A DNA stretch of 64,000 nucleotides, taken from assembly GCA_030704615.1 (NCBI GenBank), contig CM060733.1:32798001-32862000 (forward strand), given 5' to 3'. The position numbers and the translations under genes are program-made. The notes under the pieces were generated by a model. The model ran no database searches and was not told the DNA's origin. It saw nothing but the letters and a program-made list of their open reading frames with translations. This DNA is from Takakia lepidozioides. Lineage: Eukaryota; Plantae; Bryophyta. This document shows positions 1 to 12,700 of the stretch, piece by piece; positions within the stretch are counted from its first letter, which is position 1, and each line of letters starts with the position of its first letter.

Positions 1-238
1 ATCCCACTTCTTTTCCGGTCGGAAAGAGTCACCCTCCCGCCGACTCTTCTTGTGGTTCAGCTCCGTACGGCCTTGTCTTTTGCCCCCAGGGACATCCGAG
101 AACCATTCAGCCCTTTCAATTGCCTCGTTCAAAGTCTTAGGTGGCTTCTCCTCCAACTTCCGCCTAGCATCCCGCCACAAAGTTGAAGACCATTTCTGGT
201 TCCGCCATATCCGCAACTTCGAGCAACAGCACATTGAA
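1..238 (-). pseudogene. Inverted Gypsy gag fragment
   Basis: Reverse complement matches gag of the second Gypsy copy at about 35038-35286 (FNVLLLEVADMAEPEMVFNFVAG...PEKKWD). Confidence 0.9.
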
Positions 239-430
239 TGTCGCGCACCTCAATTCGGTAAGCTCCCCTTCAAGTCATAGTTACTTGCTTTGATGCGCGC
301 GCCTGACTCCCACCTGGCTGCCGGGCCAACTTGGAGCTTCGGCTGCTCACCGGGACATAACGGTCCCCCTTTGCTCTCCCACTAAACCCTCCACCTATTT
401 GGGCCTAGTGGAATTCCCTTTGGTAGATGG
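239..430 (-). repeat. Inverted 3' portion of the Gypsy LTR
   Basis: Starts TGTCGCGCACCTC, the reverse complement of the LTR end ...GAGGTGCGCGACA; matches about 5370-5563. Confidence 0.9.
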
Positions 431-3400
431 GCGAAACCCCGACAATTGAACATGACTCGGGCAACCACGGAGCTGTCCGAAGATTCCATCAGCCGCTTGG
501 TGGAAGCGGTGGTTGCCAAAACTTGCAAGGTAGGCAACTACTCTTGTGAGTTGTATTAGGAGACTGGCCCCTTGTGTAAAGGGAGTCAGTTAATGTTTGT
601 GAGTGGGATAATTTCTGGAACTAACGTGTCGTTGTTGGTGGACACAGGAGCGTCGCACTCCTTCATGACACCGGCAACGGCACGAAAGCTGGGGCTCCGA
701 CTAGTGATGTGGGGGCCTCTATTGAAGTGCATTCTGCCAAAGGAGAACCACAACTGGCGACGAGGTTGGCGTTCGATGTTCCCCTTCAGCTGGGGAATTG
801 GGAGGGACGTGAGAACTTCACCATTTGCGAGATCGATGGAGTGGATCTCTTTTTGGGGATGACCTTTTTGAGCAAATCAGGAGCGATCATAGATGGCCGC
901 AAGAGAGTAGTCACGCTACCGTGTGGGAATGGTGGCGGAGTTTGACGGGTGTCAAAAACACCCAACCCAGTGGGAGGGCGAATAAACCTGCTGTCAACAA
1001 AGGAGTGGGCCGTGGAAGAGCCACACGAGCCCCAATTTTTGCTTTACATAAGACAAGTGGAGGGAGAAGGCAATAGGGAGCCGAGTCCAGATTGGATCAA
1101 GGAGATCTTGGAGAAATACCAGGATGTGATGCCGGAGGATTTACCAAGCGGCTTGCCACTGCGAAGAGGAGTTGACCATAAGATTGAGGTGATACCGGGA
1201 TCGGAGTCGTCTGCCAAGGCGCCCTACCGGTTGAGCCACAGAGAGTTGGTCGAGCTGAAGACTCAGCTTAAGGATCTAATGTCAAAGGGGTACATCTGGC
1301 CGAGTAAGTCACCTTACGGAGCCCCGGTGCTATTCACAGACAAGAAGGACGGGACGCTGCGGATGTGTGTCGATTACAGGACTCTAAATAAGGTGACTAT
1401 AAAAAACCAGTACCTTTTGTCAAGGATCGACGACCTCTTCAATCGGTTGGCAGGAGCGAAGTATTTCAGCCGGATAGATTTGCGCTCCGGCTATCATCAA
1501 ATCCGAGTGGCGGAAGGAGATGAGGAGAAGACCGCGTGCAGGACAAGATATGGTTCATATGAGTTCTTGGTGATGCCCTTTGGGCTCACCAATGCACCCG
1601 CGATCTTTAGCACGCTAATGAACAGCCTTTTCCAGGAGTGGTTGGACGATTTTGTGATCGTGTACATTGACGACATCTTGGTGTACTCGAAAACAAAGGA
1701 AGAGCACCTGGAGCACCTCAAAAGGGTGTTCTAGAAATTGCGGGAAAGGAAGTTGTATGCCAAAGTTTCAAAGTGTGAATTCGGGGTCACAAAAGTGGAG
1801 TTCCTAGGGCATGTGATTACACAGGATGGGATCAAAATGGATGACAGAAAGGTGAGGGCGATCTTGGACTGGGAGCCTCCGACTTCGGTCCCGAAAGCGC
1901 GATCCTTCCTAGGACTCGCCTCCTATTACCGAAAGTATGTGAGAAATTTTACCAAGATCGCGGGGCCGCTGTCAGATCTTCTGTGTAAGTCCAAGATATG
2001 GATATAGAACACATTTTGTGGCAGGGCTTTTGCCGAGTTGAAGCAGCGGATGGCGGAAGCTCCAGTCTTGAAAATCCCGGAATTCGACCATCCATTTGAG
2101 ATTCATACAGATGCGTCGGACTTCGCAATTGGGGGTGTGCTCATGCAGGATGGACGTCTAGTGGCTTACAAAAGTAAGAAATTGAATGAAGTGGAGCGAC
2201 GGTGGCCAACGCATGAGAAAGAGATGAAGGCGGTGGTGCATTGCCTTGAGCTTTGGCGCCACTATGTTGGTTCCAACCCGGTGAAGGTGTTCACGGACAA
2301 TGTCATGGTGAAGTATTTTGCCACACAGCCTAAGTTGTCCCCAAAACAACTTAGGTGGCAAGACACTTTGGCAGTGTTCGACGTGGATATCCAGTACAAA
2401 CTGGGATGGGACAATGTGGACGTGGCCGATGCTTTAAGTAGAAAGCAACAGCTCATGTTGGTGTACAGGGGTGAGACGGCGCTCCAAAGAAAGGTCCGGA
2501 AGGCCTATCGGAAGGATGAGATGGCGAAGTCCGTGATGCGGGACTTGAGGATGGGGGTTAAATCGCAGTTCCACTTGCAAAATGGACTGCTCCGGTACAA
2601 GCAAAAACGTCTCTACGTGCCGAAAGGAAGGATCAGGGATAGTCACTTGAGAGAATGCCATGATGGCCCACTTGCGGGCCACGGCGGAGCCAAGCGCACC
2701 GCGGCACTCTTGAAGAAAGAGTATTTCTGGCCCAAACTGAGGGAGGAGGCCGAGGAGTATGTCAATACATGCACCACATGCCAACAAAGCCGGAGCGAGT
2801 ACAAAAAGCAAGCGGGGCTGTTACAACCCTTGCCGATTCCAGAGGGGTCTTGGGAAAGTGTTTTGATGGATTTCATGACCATTATGCCGCTGTCAGAAGG
2901 ATTCGATGCAATCATGGTGGTGGTGGATAGGTTCAGTAAAATGGGCCATTTCATCCCCACCAAGGAGACGGCAACGGCGCAGGAAACGGAACGACTTTAC
3001 TTCGCCCAAGTCTTCAAGCATCATGGACTCCCGAAGGATATTGTCTCGGACTACGATCCAAAGTTTACAAGTAAATTTTGGAGGGCACTTTGGAAGAAAA
3101 TGGGGATGAGGCTCAAGATGAGCACCGCCTTCCGACCTACGACGGACGGCCAAACGGAAAGGGTGAATTCCGTGGTGAAACAGATCTTGCGGAATTACGT
3201 GTCGGCAGACCAATTGGACTGGGTAGAGCACTTGGATGCGGCAGAGTTCTGTTATAATAACACAAAACACTCCGCAACGGGAGTTTCCCCTCTCGTATTG
3301 GTCTATGGAAATGCACCTCTGGTGCCAACAAGTTGGGCCGCCCAAGACATTGAGGAACCGGCAGCAGCAGCGGTGCTAGATGAATGCGAACGTTTGTTGA

Positions 3401-3934
3401 AGCTCGCAAAGTACAACATTGCCAAAGCTAGGAAACGGTATGAACGGCAGGCAAATCGGAAGCGGAGGGAAGTTAAGATTGAGGCAGGCACGGAGGTCTA
3501 GTTGAACATCAAGAATTTCCGACTACCTCCAGAAGTGAGTCCAAAGTTCGTACCTCCGTATGCGGGACCCTTTCGCATCCGGAAGATTATGAATGAGGAT
3601 GTGTATGAATTGGAGCTGCCGGCAAACAACAAGGTGCATCCGGTATTCCACGTCTCCCTTTTGAAGCCTTACTTCAAAGATGAAGCGCGTCCGAATCGGC
3701 ATCAAGTGTTGCGTCCACCACCTATGCTGTTGGATCATGAAAATGAACCTGAGTACAAGGTGGAGGCAGTGCTTAAGTCGAGGAGGTTCAAGAATCGAGA
3801 AACAGAGTATCTCGTGAAATGGAAGGGCTATCATCAAGTGGAGACAACTTAGGTGCGTGCCTCAGAAAATGGGAAACGCATCCGAGGCGGTTACAGCTTT
3901 CGAAGGACGACCTCAAAAGCGGAAGAAGCGTTGA
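431..3934 (+). pseudogene. Gypsy pol (protease, RT, RNase H, integrase, chromodomain), disrupted
   Basis: LVDTGA; [10 protein letters not shown]; TDASDFAIGGVL; H-H-C-C zinc finger, D,D-35-E core, GPF motif; YKVEAVL...YLVKWKGY chromodomain. Several stops and frameshifts. Confidence 0.95.
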
Positions 3935-4836
3935 TGGGGACATCAACCTTGGAGCGTGGGGGAGGAAATGCATTCTTAGTCTGACTTAGCTAGCGCAGGA
4001 ATCCGATTGCAAAAACTTGTGTTGTACAAATTTTGTTATAAATGAAATGGTTTCCAAATGTTGTACTTCCTATTTTGTTTGGAATGGTGATGCATGGTAT
4101 GGTTGGCTAGTGTGTAGGATGCATGCTAGCTTACAAAAGTGGGAGAGGTAAATTGGATTAATCGTGTGTTTGCGCAGTGCCGAAATCGGGTGACTCCCAT
4201 CCAAGGGGCAAGGAAATCTGCGCCTTCTTTGGAAGTTCACGTGCTAGTGCGCACCTGGCGCGTGCGCGTACTATAACTGTGCTACCGAGGGGGTTGTCTT
4301 GTAGTGCGGGTTAACGCGGAAGCTACGTGCTTCCGTTTACGTGCTATAATTGTGTAGCCTCGGGACGAAATCGTAGTGCGGCTTCGGCGTGTTCCCGTAC
4401 CTCAGGCCAGCATTCCAAGGCAGACCCAATTGTAGTGATTGGGGCGCACGGTTGGTTCAAGGTTATATTCCTAGTTCAAAAGGGTTCAAGGTGAATCCTT
4501 CCTCAAGGTGATGCCAAAAGCGGCATCATGAGCGATCGCAAGCAATGTTGTTGCAGTAAGGCGATTTGATCCTCGGGGAGGATCGTTCCTTGGCCTTGAA
4601 GTGGGCCAAGAAGAGTGCACTGGGAGGAGCTTGAGAGGCTCCACCCTTGGCCGGGACTTGGAGGAAGTCGGCCGAATTAGCTAGTGAAGAGTAGAGTCAA
4701 GTGGGGGTTTGGTTCTTGCCATGGGACGCCATGGTACGGAATCAAACTCCTTGATGTGGACGCCACAACTTGGATGTTCGTTTCTACAAAATGGACAAGT
4801 CGATGAGGACATCGACTCCCTGTTGGTAGGGGTGTG

Positions 4837-5563
4837 TGTCGCGGCCCTTTGCCTTGAGGGCAAGGGGTCGGGACACAAGAGGGGCTGCCCCTGTGGTGGG
4901 GGCAGTGGCAACAATAGATACGGGGGCTGAAGCATCCTTGAGTGCCCAAGGCACTCAATGAGGCGGAGGCGCTCACTAGGTGGAGCCTCGCACACCGGGT
5001 TGCGGTGGGGGTGGTTCCACGAGAGGTGGTGGTAGCTTAGTGGGACTTAGTGGGGGTGGCATAGGACTCACCATGGGGGCGGAGACCTTGTGGTGGGAGT
5101 CGTGGGGAGTCTTGGGACTCATCACGGTCCAATGGGGCCATGGTGGGTGAGCCAAGACTCACCGCAACTCACCACCGGGAATCGAGGGTTTTCGTGGTGG
5201 TTCGCCATAAAATGATTGGGTTGTTTGTGAAACCCCCGCGGACAGTCACAGAAGTATATATAGGGAGTAGTAACCCCAAAAACGGTGCAAGCCCGTTGGT
5301 GACCAAAAACTAGTAAGTAAGCGTGCGAGCCGGAAAGCGACCAAGGTGTGGGGAGCTGTTCCGGACTGCCAACATCCAAAAGGGAATTTCCACTAGGCCC
5401 AAATTGTGAGAGGGTCTTGTGGAGGAGTAAAGGGGGACCGTTATGTCCCGGTGAGCAGCCGAAGCTCCGAGTTGGCCCGGCGGCCAGTTTGGGAGTTAGG
5501 CGCGCGCATCAAAGTGAGTAACTATGACTTGAAGGGGAGCTTACCGAAGTGAGGTGCGCGACA
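4837..5563 (+). repeat. 3' LTR of Gypsy copy 1 (727 bp)
   Basis: TGTCGCG...CGCGACA inverted ends, internal TATATATA; similar to 11357-12080 and 33639-34352. Confidence 0.95.
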
Positions 5564-6878
5564 ATTTGGATCTTGACAAGGACGTGACAGCATTACTTCA
5601 AAAACACAAGTGAGCTTTATGGTCTGCTGGGTCAGTGTTTTGCAGTCCGTTGGGTCAGTCTGCTGTGTTTCAAGGAACACATGGATGTGGCTGAATTGTT
5701 GGTCAATTTGTATGTCCAGGATTGCAGATCGATTGCGTCGATTGATGTCTGTGCATATAGCAGCCGACAACAGCATGGTGTACTTTTACGAAGGGGCCCG
5801 AGGGTTCCGATGTAGCATTACAGAGGTTGATATGAAAGCACTTGACAAGGTGGAGTCGGAGTGCACAGACAGACTGCTGGAACTGTGGTGTCGTTTCTTC
5901 GAAAAGGACCTGGACCGCAAGTCGTACCGAACTGTCGTTCTTCTGCCAACATCGACCGGGTCTCTCTTTCAGACGTTTGAGCCGGCCCCACGCGAAACCT
6001 TGCTTGCCAACCTTCATGGCGCCTTCGGGGAGCTGCGACTAGACAAAGACATAAAAGACTACGAACATATTTTGGTGCCAGTCTGCCAAGGGTAAGAGCA
6101 GGCACACTCGGTCTGTCCAGTATTCTTGGTCCATACAGATGTGCTAGTCTTGGGAGTCTTTCGAGTGTGTTGTTGACAGTGTGCCAAGTGTTTGGAGTCT
6201 GTTGTTGTTAGTGTGTTTTTCTCTTGTTCGTCTTCTTAGTATTTCGAGTCTGTTGTTGTTAGTCTGCTGTCTTCTATGCCATTGGAATTTGCTGGTGGTA
6301 GGAGTCTGCTGGCCGTTGGAGTTTGCTGGCTGGGTCTGTTGAGGCCTCAGTGGTCACTGTCATGCTTGCAGAGGGTGCCTAGTCTGCTGAATAAGTCCGC
6401 CAAGTGTCTATACTTTGTTTGATGATTGCTTCATTGTAATTCTTTGACATGTTGGTTTCTTCATGGTAGGGGCCACTGGAGTGTGATTAACATCGACTTA
6501 AGGAAAGGCGCCTACACCCACCTAAACTCCCGAAGGGAAATGCATAAATGCTTGGAGGTTCTCAGTTGGGTCCGCAAGGTGCATGTAGAGTGCCTTGGAA
6601 TCGCTGAAGGGATGCCGCAATGGGAGGGAGTCCACGCATTTCAGTTCAACCAACCCGACGTGCCCCAACAACCATTTAGTTGGGAGTGTGGGTTTTATGT
6701 CATGTCTTTCATTCGAGGTTTCTATGACTGGCTGAAGGGTGATAGGTTTAAAACCAAAGACAGAGGAACCGCCTTCACCCCAAGTGGTTTTCTTTGAGGT
6801 TTGCGCAGTTACAGCGATTACAGTGTGCAAACTATATCCGCCGCGGTGTGTAAGGATGTAGAGAAAGCGCTCTTGTAA
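5564..6878 (+). pseudogene. ULP1/SENP-like (peptidase C48) gene of the outer MULE, 5' part cut by Gypsy copy 1
   Basis: Spliced exons (GT-AG intron 6092-6469) give HILVPVCQG-GHWSVINIDL and VPQQPFSWECGFYV, supplying the H, D, Q and C catalytic residues. A premature TGA at 6795-6797 is probable. Confidence 0.8.
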
Positions 6879-9295
6879 GGCTTATAGTCGGAATAAAGAA
6901 TCATGAAAGATTTTTGCACATACTCTGCAAACTTGGACTATCCCCACCAATGCGTGGACTCTTTCATACATGCAATTTTCAGCACACAAGCAGTATGCAC
7001 CATTAAGAGACTCATGTCAGAGCAGCCGTTGAGTAGACTAGCTCAATAGCTGAATAGTTGAATAGCTCGGAGCCGCTGAGCACAGTACCATTAGTTCGTT
7101 GCGCAGAGTACCCAGCAGACTATCCTTAGTCCGCTGCTCAAACTACTGACTTTGTTCTAACTCCTATATTAAAAAAATCCATAATGACTTTTTTTTATGG
7201 ACTGTGACAATTCCTTATGGATTTTTTAAAAGTCCATAACATCTAAAGATTCTGGTTTTTGATAATGAGATTTAAAAATGTGAAAGTATCTGTAGATGAC
7301 CCTCTGTATATTAGTCCCTTTTTATTGATGACATTATCATGTAGAAGTATGATAATTTACCACTATTCTATGTCAGGAAAGAAAAATGGACACTGTAGGC
7401 TGCAATCACCCTGCAGTCGTGAGCAGACAGCGCGGTCTGTTCATTTGTCACCTGGGACGGAGTCTGTTCCTTAGCCAGCAGATTGCGGTCTGTTCGATTG
7501 TGAGTAGACCACGTTGTCTGTTCATTCAGCTTAGTACGCTAACTGCGGAAATGACTTCGTCCCAGGTGACGACTGAACAGACTGCACTGTCTTCCGTAGT
7601 CTGCAGAGAGCAGTCTGTTTGGTAGTCAGCAAACTAAGCTGTCTGTTCAGTCGTGAGCAGACTGAGTAGACTGTTCAATCGAATGCAAACTGAGTAGTAT
7701 GTTTAGTCGATCGCAGACTGGGTAGTCTGTTTTGCAGTGTGTTGCCGAGTAAACGTATGCCGGCCAAATGTGCACAATACAATGATTTGTGCAGAAACCC
7801 GCTATTTTATGCTATTTTATTTTTATTACGATGGCGTTGTGTAATTTGGTGTATGGACTATGCTGTCTTCTTGGGGACAGACCCACGTTCTGAAACCTTC
7901 ACAATTCTGGAGTATATCTGTTTTGCTGGTGTTTGGGCATACACCCTATTGCAAGTTCTCTGCAAAACTGTGGGTCGTGTTTTCAATGCCTCGACGAAAT
8001 CCCTCTTCCTTTTCAGAGACATATTATTATTGTCATTTATAGGGCGGAAAGATTTTGCTGCATGGGGATGTAGCAATCCAGCAGCACTCTTGGCCAGGAT
8101 ATCAATAAGCTGCCCTCTGCAGATCCGAAGAGAGGACAACACATGTTGCTCCAGATACTTGTCATCACCGACAATACGAAGTATATCAGACCATTCTTCC
8201 TCCATAGAAGGTGGGGCGTACACAGGCTCCTGGTCACAGGGAAACTCATTTTCTACAGGGCCGTCTGTTGCATTTATGTCTGCGCCGGCGCTCGTAGTAG
8301 ACAACAACAGATGTTGCAATCCTCCATGTATGGTTCCCAGGGCCGTGCCACAAGCGCATACTATCAGACCATCTTGCAAGTGGGGATGAAGCATCTTCAG
8401 AACTTTCACTTGGTGTTTGCACAGATTGCCCTTCATTGCCCATGGGCAAGTGCAACAAGCCCAGTCGGATGCGGGGTTGTAAACAATGTACGTTGTGTCT
8501 TTGTGATTGCTGCTCCGCACATACGCCGGTTCCCCTTCAACCAACTGTAGAGTGACATTGCAAGCCGGAATATCCCACGCCGCAAGTACAGAACTAGATA
8601 TGTGCTTTTCCTATTTATCGTTTCGTATGAATCCATGCGTCTTCAAACATTGAATTGTGTACCAGTAGTGTGTGAGGACACGGCCAGTGAGTTCCCATAT
8701 TAGCCAATCGACTCTACGACCAGTCATTTTGCCTTTCCCCATCCTCAATCTTGCCTTCAAGTTTCCATGGTATGCCTCAATGCTAGCATTTGTGTCTTGA
8801 CTGGCATTGCTATTTTAAGAGATAACTCGGTGTCGATGTAGTCCAAAAATTCCTGGCCATGCCGATATTTCTTTCTCATGCTCATGCACCTTAATCTTTG
8901 GCAACCCACCTTAGGGCTTCTTTGGGATCGGTTGGTCCGCCTCTACAGTACATGAGGTCTCCCATATCCTTCAACAAGTTTGCTGCAGTGAACGGATCTT
9001 TCGTCTTCTTGCATGATTGCTTTACCCATGCCAAAGGCACACGAAAATGAGCACTTCTTTGAAAAGAGGGAAGCTAGCGCGTGAGCGCGCTTACGCTTAG
9101 TGGAAACTTCGTTAAGCGTGAGTAGATTTCCTAAGTGTGAGCGCATTTCTTAAGCGTGAGCATAGAATGAAAGCGGAGCCTATAGCCGTGGGAAAAGCAG
9201 AACCTATTGCCATGGGGACGACGTTTATGGTTTATGGGGGCAACATACGCAAGACATGAATGGAAATTTGAGAGTAATGCGAGACGAAATCCGTA

Positions 9296-9410
9296 CGGAT
9301 GAATGGGTTTGTGGAATGGATGAATGTAGGATGAATGTTGGATGGTTACGGGATGAATGTAGGATGAATGATGGGACGTCAAAATACGGATGAATATACA
9401 ATGGATGAAA
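9296..9410 (+). repeat. Left subterminal GGATG(AATG) repeats of the inner MULE
   Basis: Clustered GGATGAATG-like units, mirrored by CATCC units near the right end. Confidence 0.7.
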
Positions 9411-9750
9411 CCAATGACATCTTGGTTGAAAGAACTCGAACGATTTTCGACGTTCACGTACCTTGTGTTCAAAACAGTATACATGTCATATAAACAATGC
9501 CAATAGTGAAGGTCCATGTAAGACTGGGGTATATTTAGAATGCACGGTCGAATTCGGAAAGTGTACAAAGTGTACAAAGCATTGCCATTCATTTGATCAT
9601 GACGTGGGGTAGGAGATGGCTTCTGAGTCAAGAAAGTGCTGCCATCAAACAACCTGAAGCTTTTTCCATACAAAGGCGCGACTTTGTCATCTGTCACCGG
9701 ACGTCACAGAAAAGCAGCCCAGGCGTTGCAAGGTCATGCTCGAGAATATC

Positions 9751-12700
9751 TCAAACTCGTGCAGTACTATCTCGCTCAAGTAGTGTCATAACATCAGCTT
9801 GCCCTATCGTACATTGATGAATGTATGTGTCTCTTTTTGGATCACAAAACATCCTCTGAATGTACATGTAGTACAAATGTTTGCATGGCACAAATTTACC
9901 TCTCTTTCCTAGAGAACTGGAGATTGTGTTTTTGAAGTCTGGGCAAGTGCAATCTGGGAAATTAGAAACTGTTACCTCGTACGCCCTGTTGTGAAGAACA
10001 GATCCCATCGTCACCATACTATACACCCGTCCGTAGCCTGGTGGGGGAACATCCATCATCCGACACTGAAGGGTTTTCGCTGATTCAATCTTGCACTCGT
10101 GCTCTGCACCTGCCTCAACCCGCCGGACCACCTTTCCGTTTCTTTTCGTAGGCCAGTTGTTGCCAAGTGGAGGGCGCGCAGGAAACGGGGAAGGGAAATC
10201 ATGCGAAGAATTAACCGTCATGACAGTTGGTCCTCGTGGGAGCCGAAATCCTGCATCTTCCATCATGTCAATTTCCTGTGTAGATAGTGTAGTTCCCATC
10301 TATCTTGCCAAACGTTTGGGATTTGAGGTTTGTTTATCACCAAATCACGGACAGTTCCCATCACGCAACGTTTCATGTCATCAGGACAAAACCAAAACTT
10401 GTGAGGCCTGGCCTCCTGCGCACTATAATGCTTGAACAACCCTGTGAAAGTTGGGGCTGGAGTCCTTGCTGGGGCTCTACAAATCATAGATGTGCACTTC
10501 ACAAAGGACGTTGCCCTTATAGCGGAACATTTCACCTTTGAGCCTTGCGGAGTTCGTTTTATGTGCCACAACGCGTCTGCACAATCAGACTCCTGGATAG
10601 GCAACAGGTTCGCCCCTTCTTCCCGTGTAGTTGTAGTTGTCGACTCTGTGAACTCTGTCGAGGAAGATTCACCCACAAAGGATGTTGCGTGCACGAAAGT
10701 GGGTGGCACGGGCACACGTGGCACCGAAAAGTTATCCCTATCATGTCGATGTGAATCCCCGTCTGATCCCGGAGGGGTGTCCAGTTTGCGCTTGCATGAA
10801 CCGAATCTCTCCTCACCTTCCAGATGAGGATGTCTGGATTGCAAAGGTGCTCCCATTGTGCATTCATTTACAACCTTTGCCATTCTAACAGGATTCTTGC
10901 ATCTGTTTGCAGCCCTCAACTGCAACTCCGCCCTGTCTGGCCCCTTACCAGAACCGCGTCCACGAAGGAAATCCCAGTACCATGTTTGTTACGAAAGCGC
11001 TCGGACCATGTCATCCGAAGTGGCAACGTACAGGTCCCGTCCGTTCTTGCCGGATTGCGCATTCCACACACTATGCACAGTCTCGGATAGATTACAAGAA
11101 GGCATATCTGCGCTATCAGCCATAAACCCATGAAAATTTGGATCTGAGACACCATGATTCCTCATGACTTTCACAAGGGAGTCCACATCAGGATTTGAGA
11201 CTCAATGTCTTCAGATTGCATGTCACACACTGCAATTGTCATAACCCTTTGGTAAGAAGGATCATACACATGGGCAGCCATGGTTGTCCAACCCTTCACA
11301 CGTTTCACATGATCAAACATGAGCCAGGATTTCTGGAGATCGCCACCGGGCTGCATAGTCGCGGCCCTTCGCCTTGAGGGCAGGGGGTCGGGACACGAGA
11401 GGGGCCGCCCCTGTGGTGGGGGCAGTGGCAACAATAGATGCGGGGGCTGAAGCACCCTTGAGTGCCCAAGGCACTCAAGGAGGCGGAGGCGCTCACTAGG
11501 TGGAGCCCCGCACACCGGGTTGCGGTGGGGTGGTTCCACGAGGGGTGGGTGGTAGCTTAGTGGGACTTAGTGGGGGTGGCATAGGACTCACCATGGGGGC
11601 GGAGACCTTGTGGTGGGAGTCGTGGGGAGTCTTGGGACTCATCACGGTCCAATGGGACCGTGGTGGGTGGGCCAAGACTCACCGCGACTCATCACCGGGA
11701 GTCAAGGGTTTTCGTGGTGGTTCGCCATAAAATGGCATGGTTGTTTGTGAAACCCCCGCGGACAGTCACAGAAGTATATATAGGGAGTAGTAACCCCGAG
11801 AACGGTGCAAGCCCGTTGGTGACCAAAAGCTAGTGAGTAAGCATGCGAGCCGGAAAGCGACCGAGGTGTGGGGAGCTGTTCCGGACTGCCATCGACCAAA
11901 GGGAATTTCCACTTGGCTCAAATTGAGAGAGGGTCTCGTGGAGGAGTAAAGGGGGACCGTTATGTCCCGGTGAGCAGCCGAAGCTCTGAGTTGGCCCGGC
12001 GGCCAGGTTGGGAGTTAGGCGCGCATCAAAGCGAGTAACTATGACTTGAAGGAGAGCTTACCGAAGTGAGGTGCGCGACATGCATTCTGCGGACCAAGCT
12101 AACTCCACTTCCCTCCGCAACTGTGGACATCTTGAATAAGAACACTTTCAACGACCCCTGACCAGGGAAAACATTGTCTTGAATGAAGTCGTACATGCTT
12201 CTTCGCTTCAATTCCAGGATGTTATCCACATAACCTGTCTGAGTGCGTTGATCTGATTGCGTACATTTGGTGAACTAAGGGTCGAGAAATAGTCCATAAC
12301 CACGTCCAGTTTTTCGCTGTCCAGTTTCTCGATGTTCTCTTCCGCTCCTCCTAGAATGTGTTTTTGCAAGAAGCTTTTGCTTGCAGAAAGTGCAATTGCA
12401 GATGGCGGTGCATAAGGAGCATTCTCCACCTTGTGTCGTAGAAGTCCCCGAATTGTTTCAAGACTTTCTCGACAATCCCCTTTCGACACGGGGTGGGTAT
12501 GATTACCGAGATGAACACAAGCTCGGGTAAGGCCACAAAAACGATGGAGCACATAGTACATGCGGGCCTTGCATGTGCCAATGTATGTTGGAGCCGTTTT
12601 GCAATATTTGCAAAACAACGTCGTATTTTTAGGAGGTGGGCACCCAACCTCGAATGGGTTATCCGCGCAACCCTCCCACTCCGTCTCGTTTGGGGAGCCT

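Larger units (their letters stand above)
431..5563 (+). mobile_element. Ty3/Gypsy chromovirus copy 1, 5'-truncated and rearranged
   Basis: PR-RT-RH-IN-chromodomain order, about 0.9 kb of 3' non-coding sequence, a purine-rich PPT-like tract and a complete 3' LTR; collinear with 35461-40179. Confidence 0.95.

Noticed and set aside
4677-5379. Short ORFs within the LTRs and antisense to pol or the PPR gene
   Set aside because: Shadow ORFs with no domain signal and inconsistent between copies.
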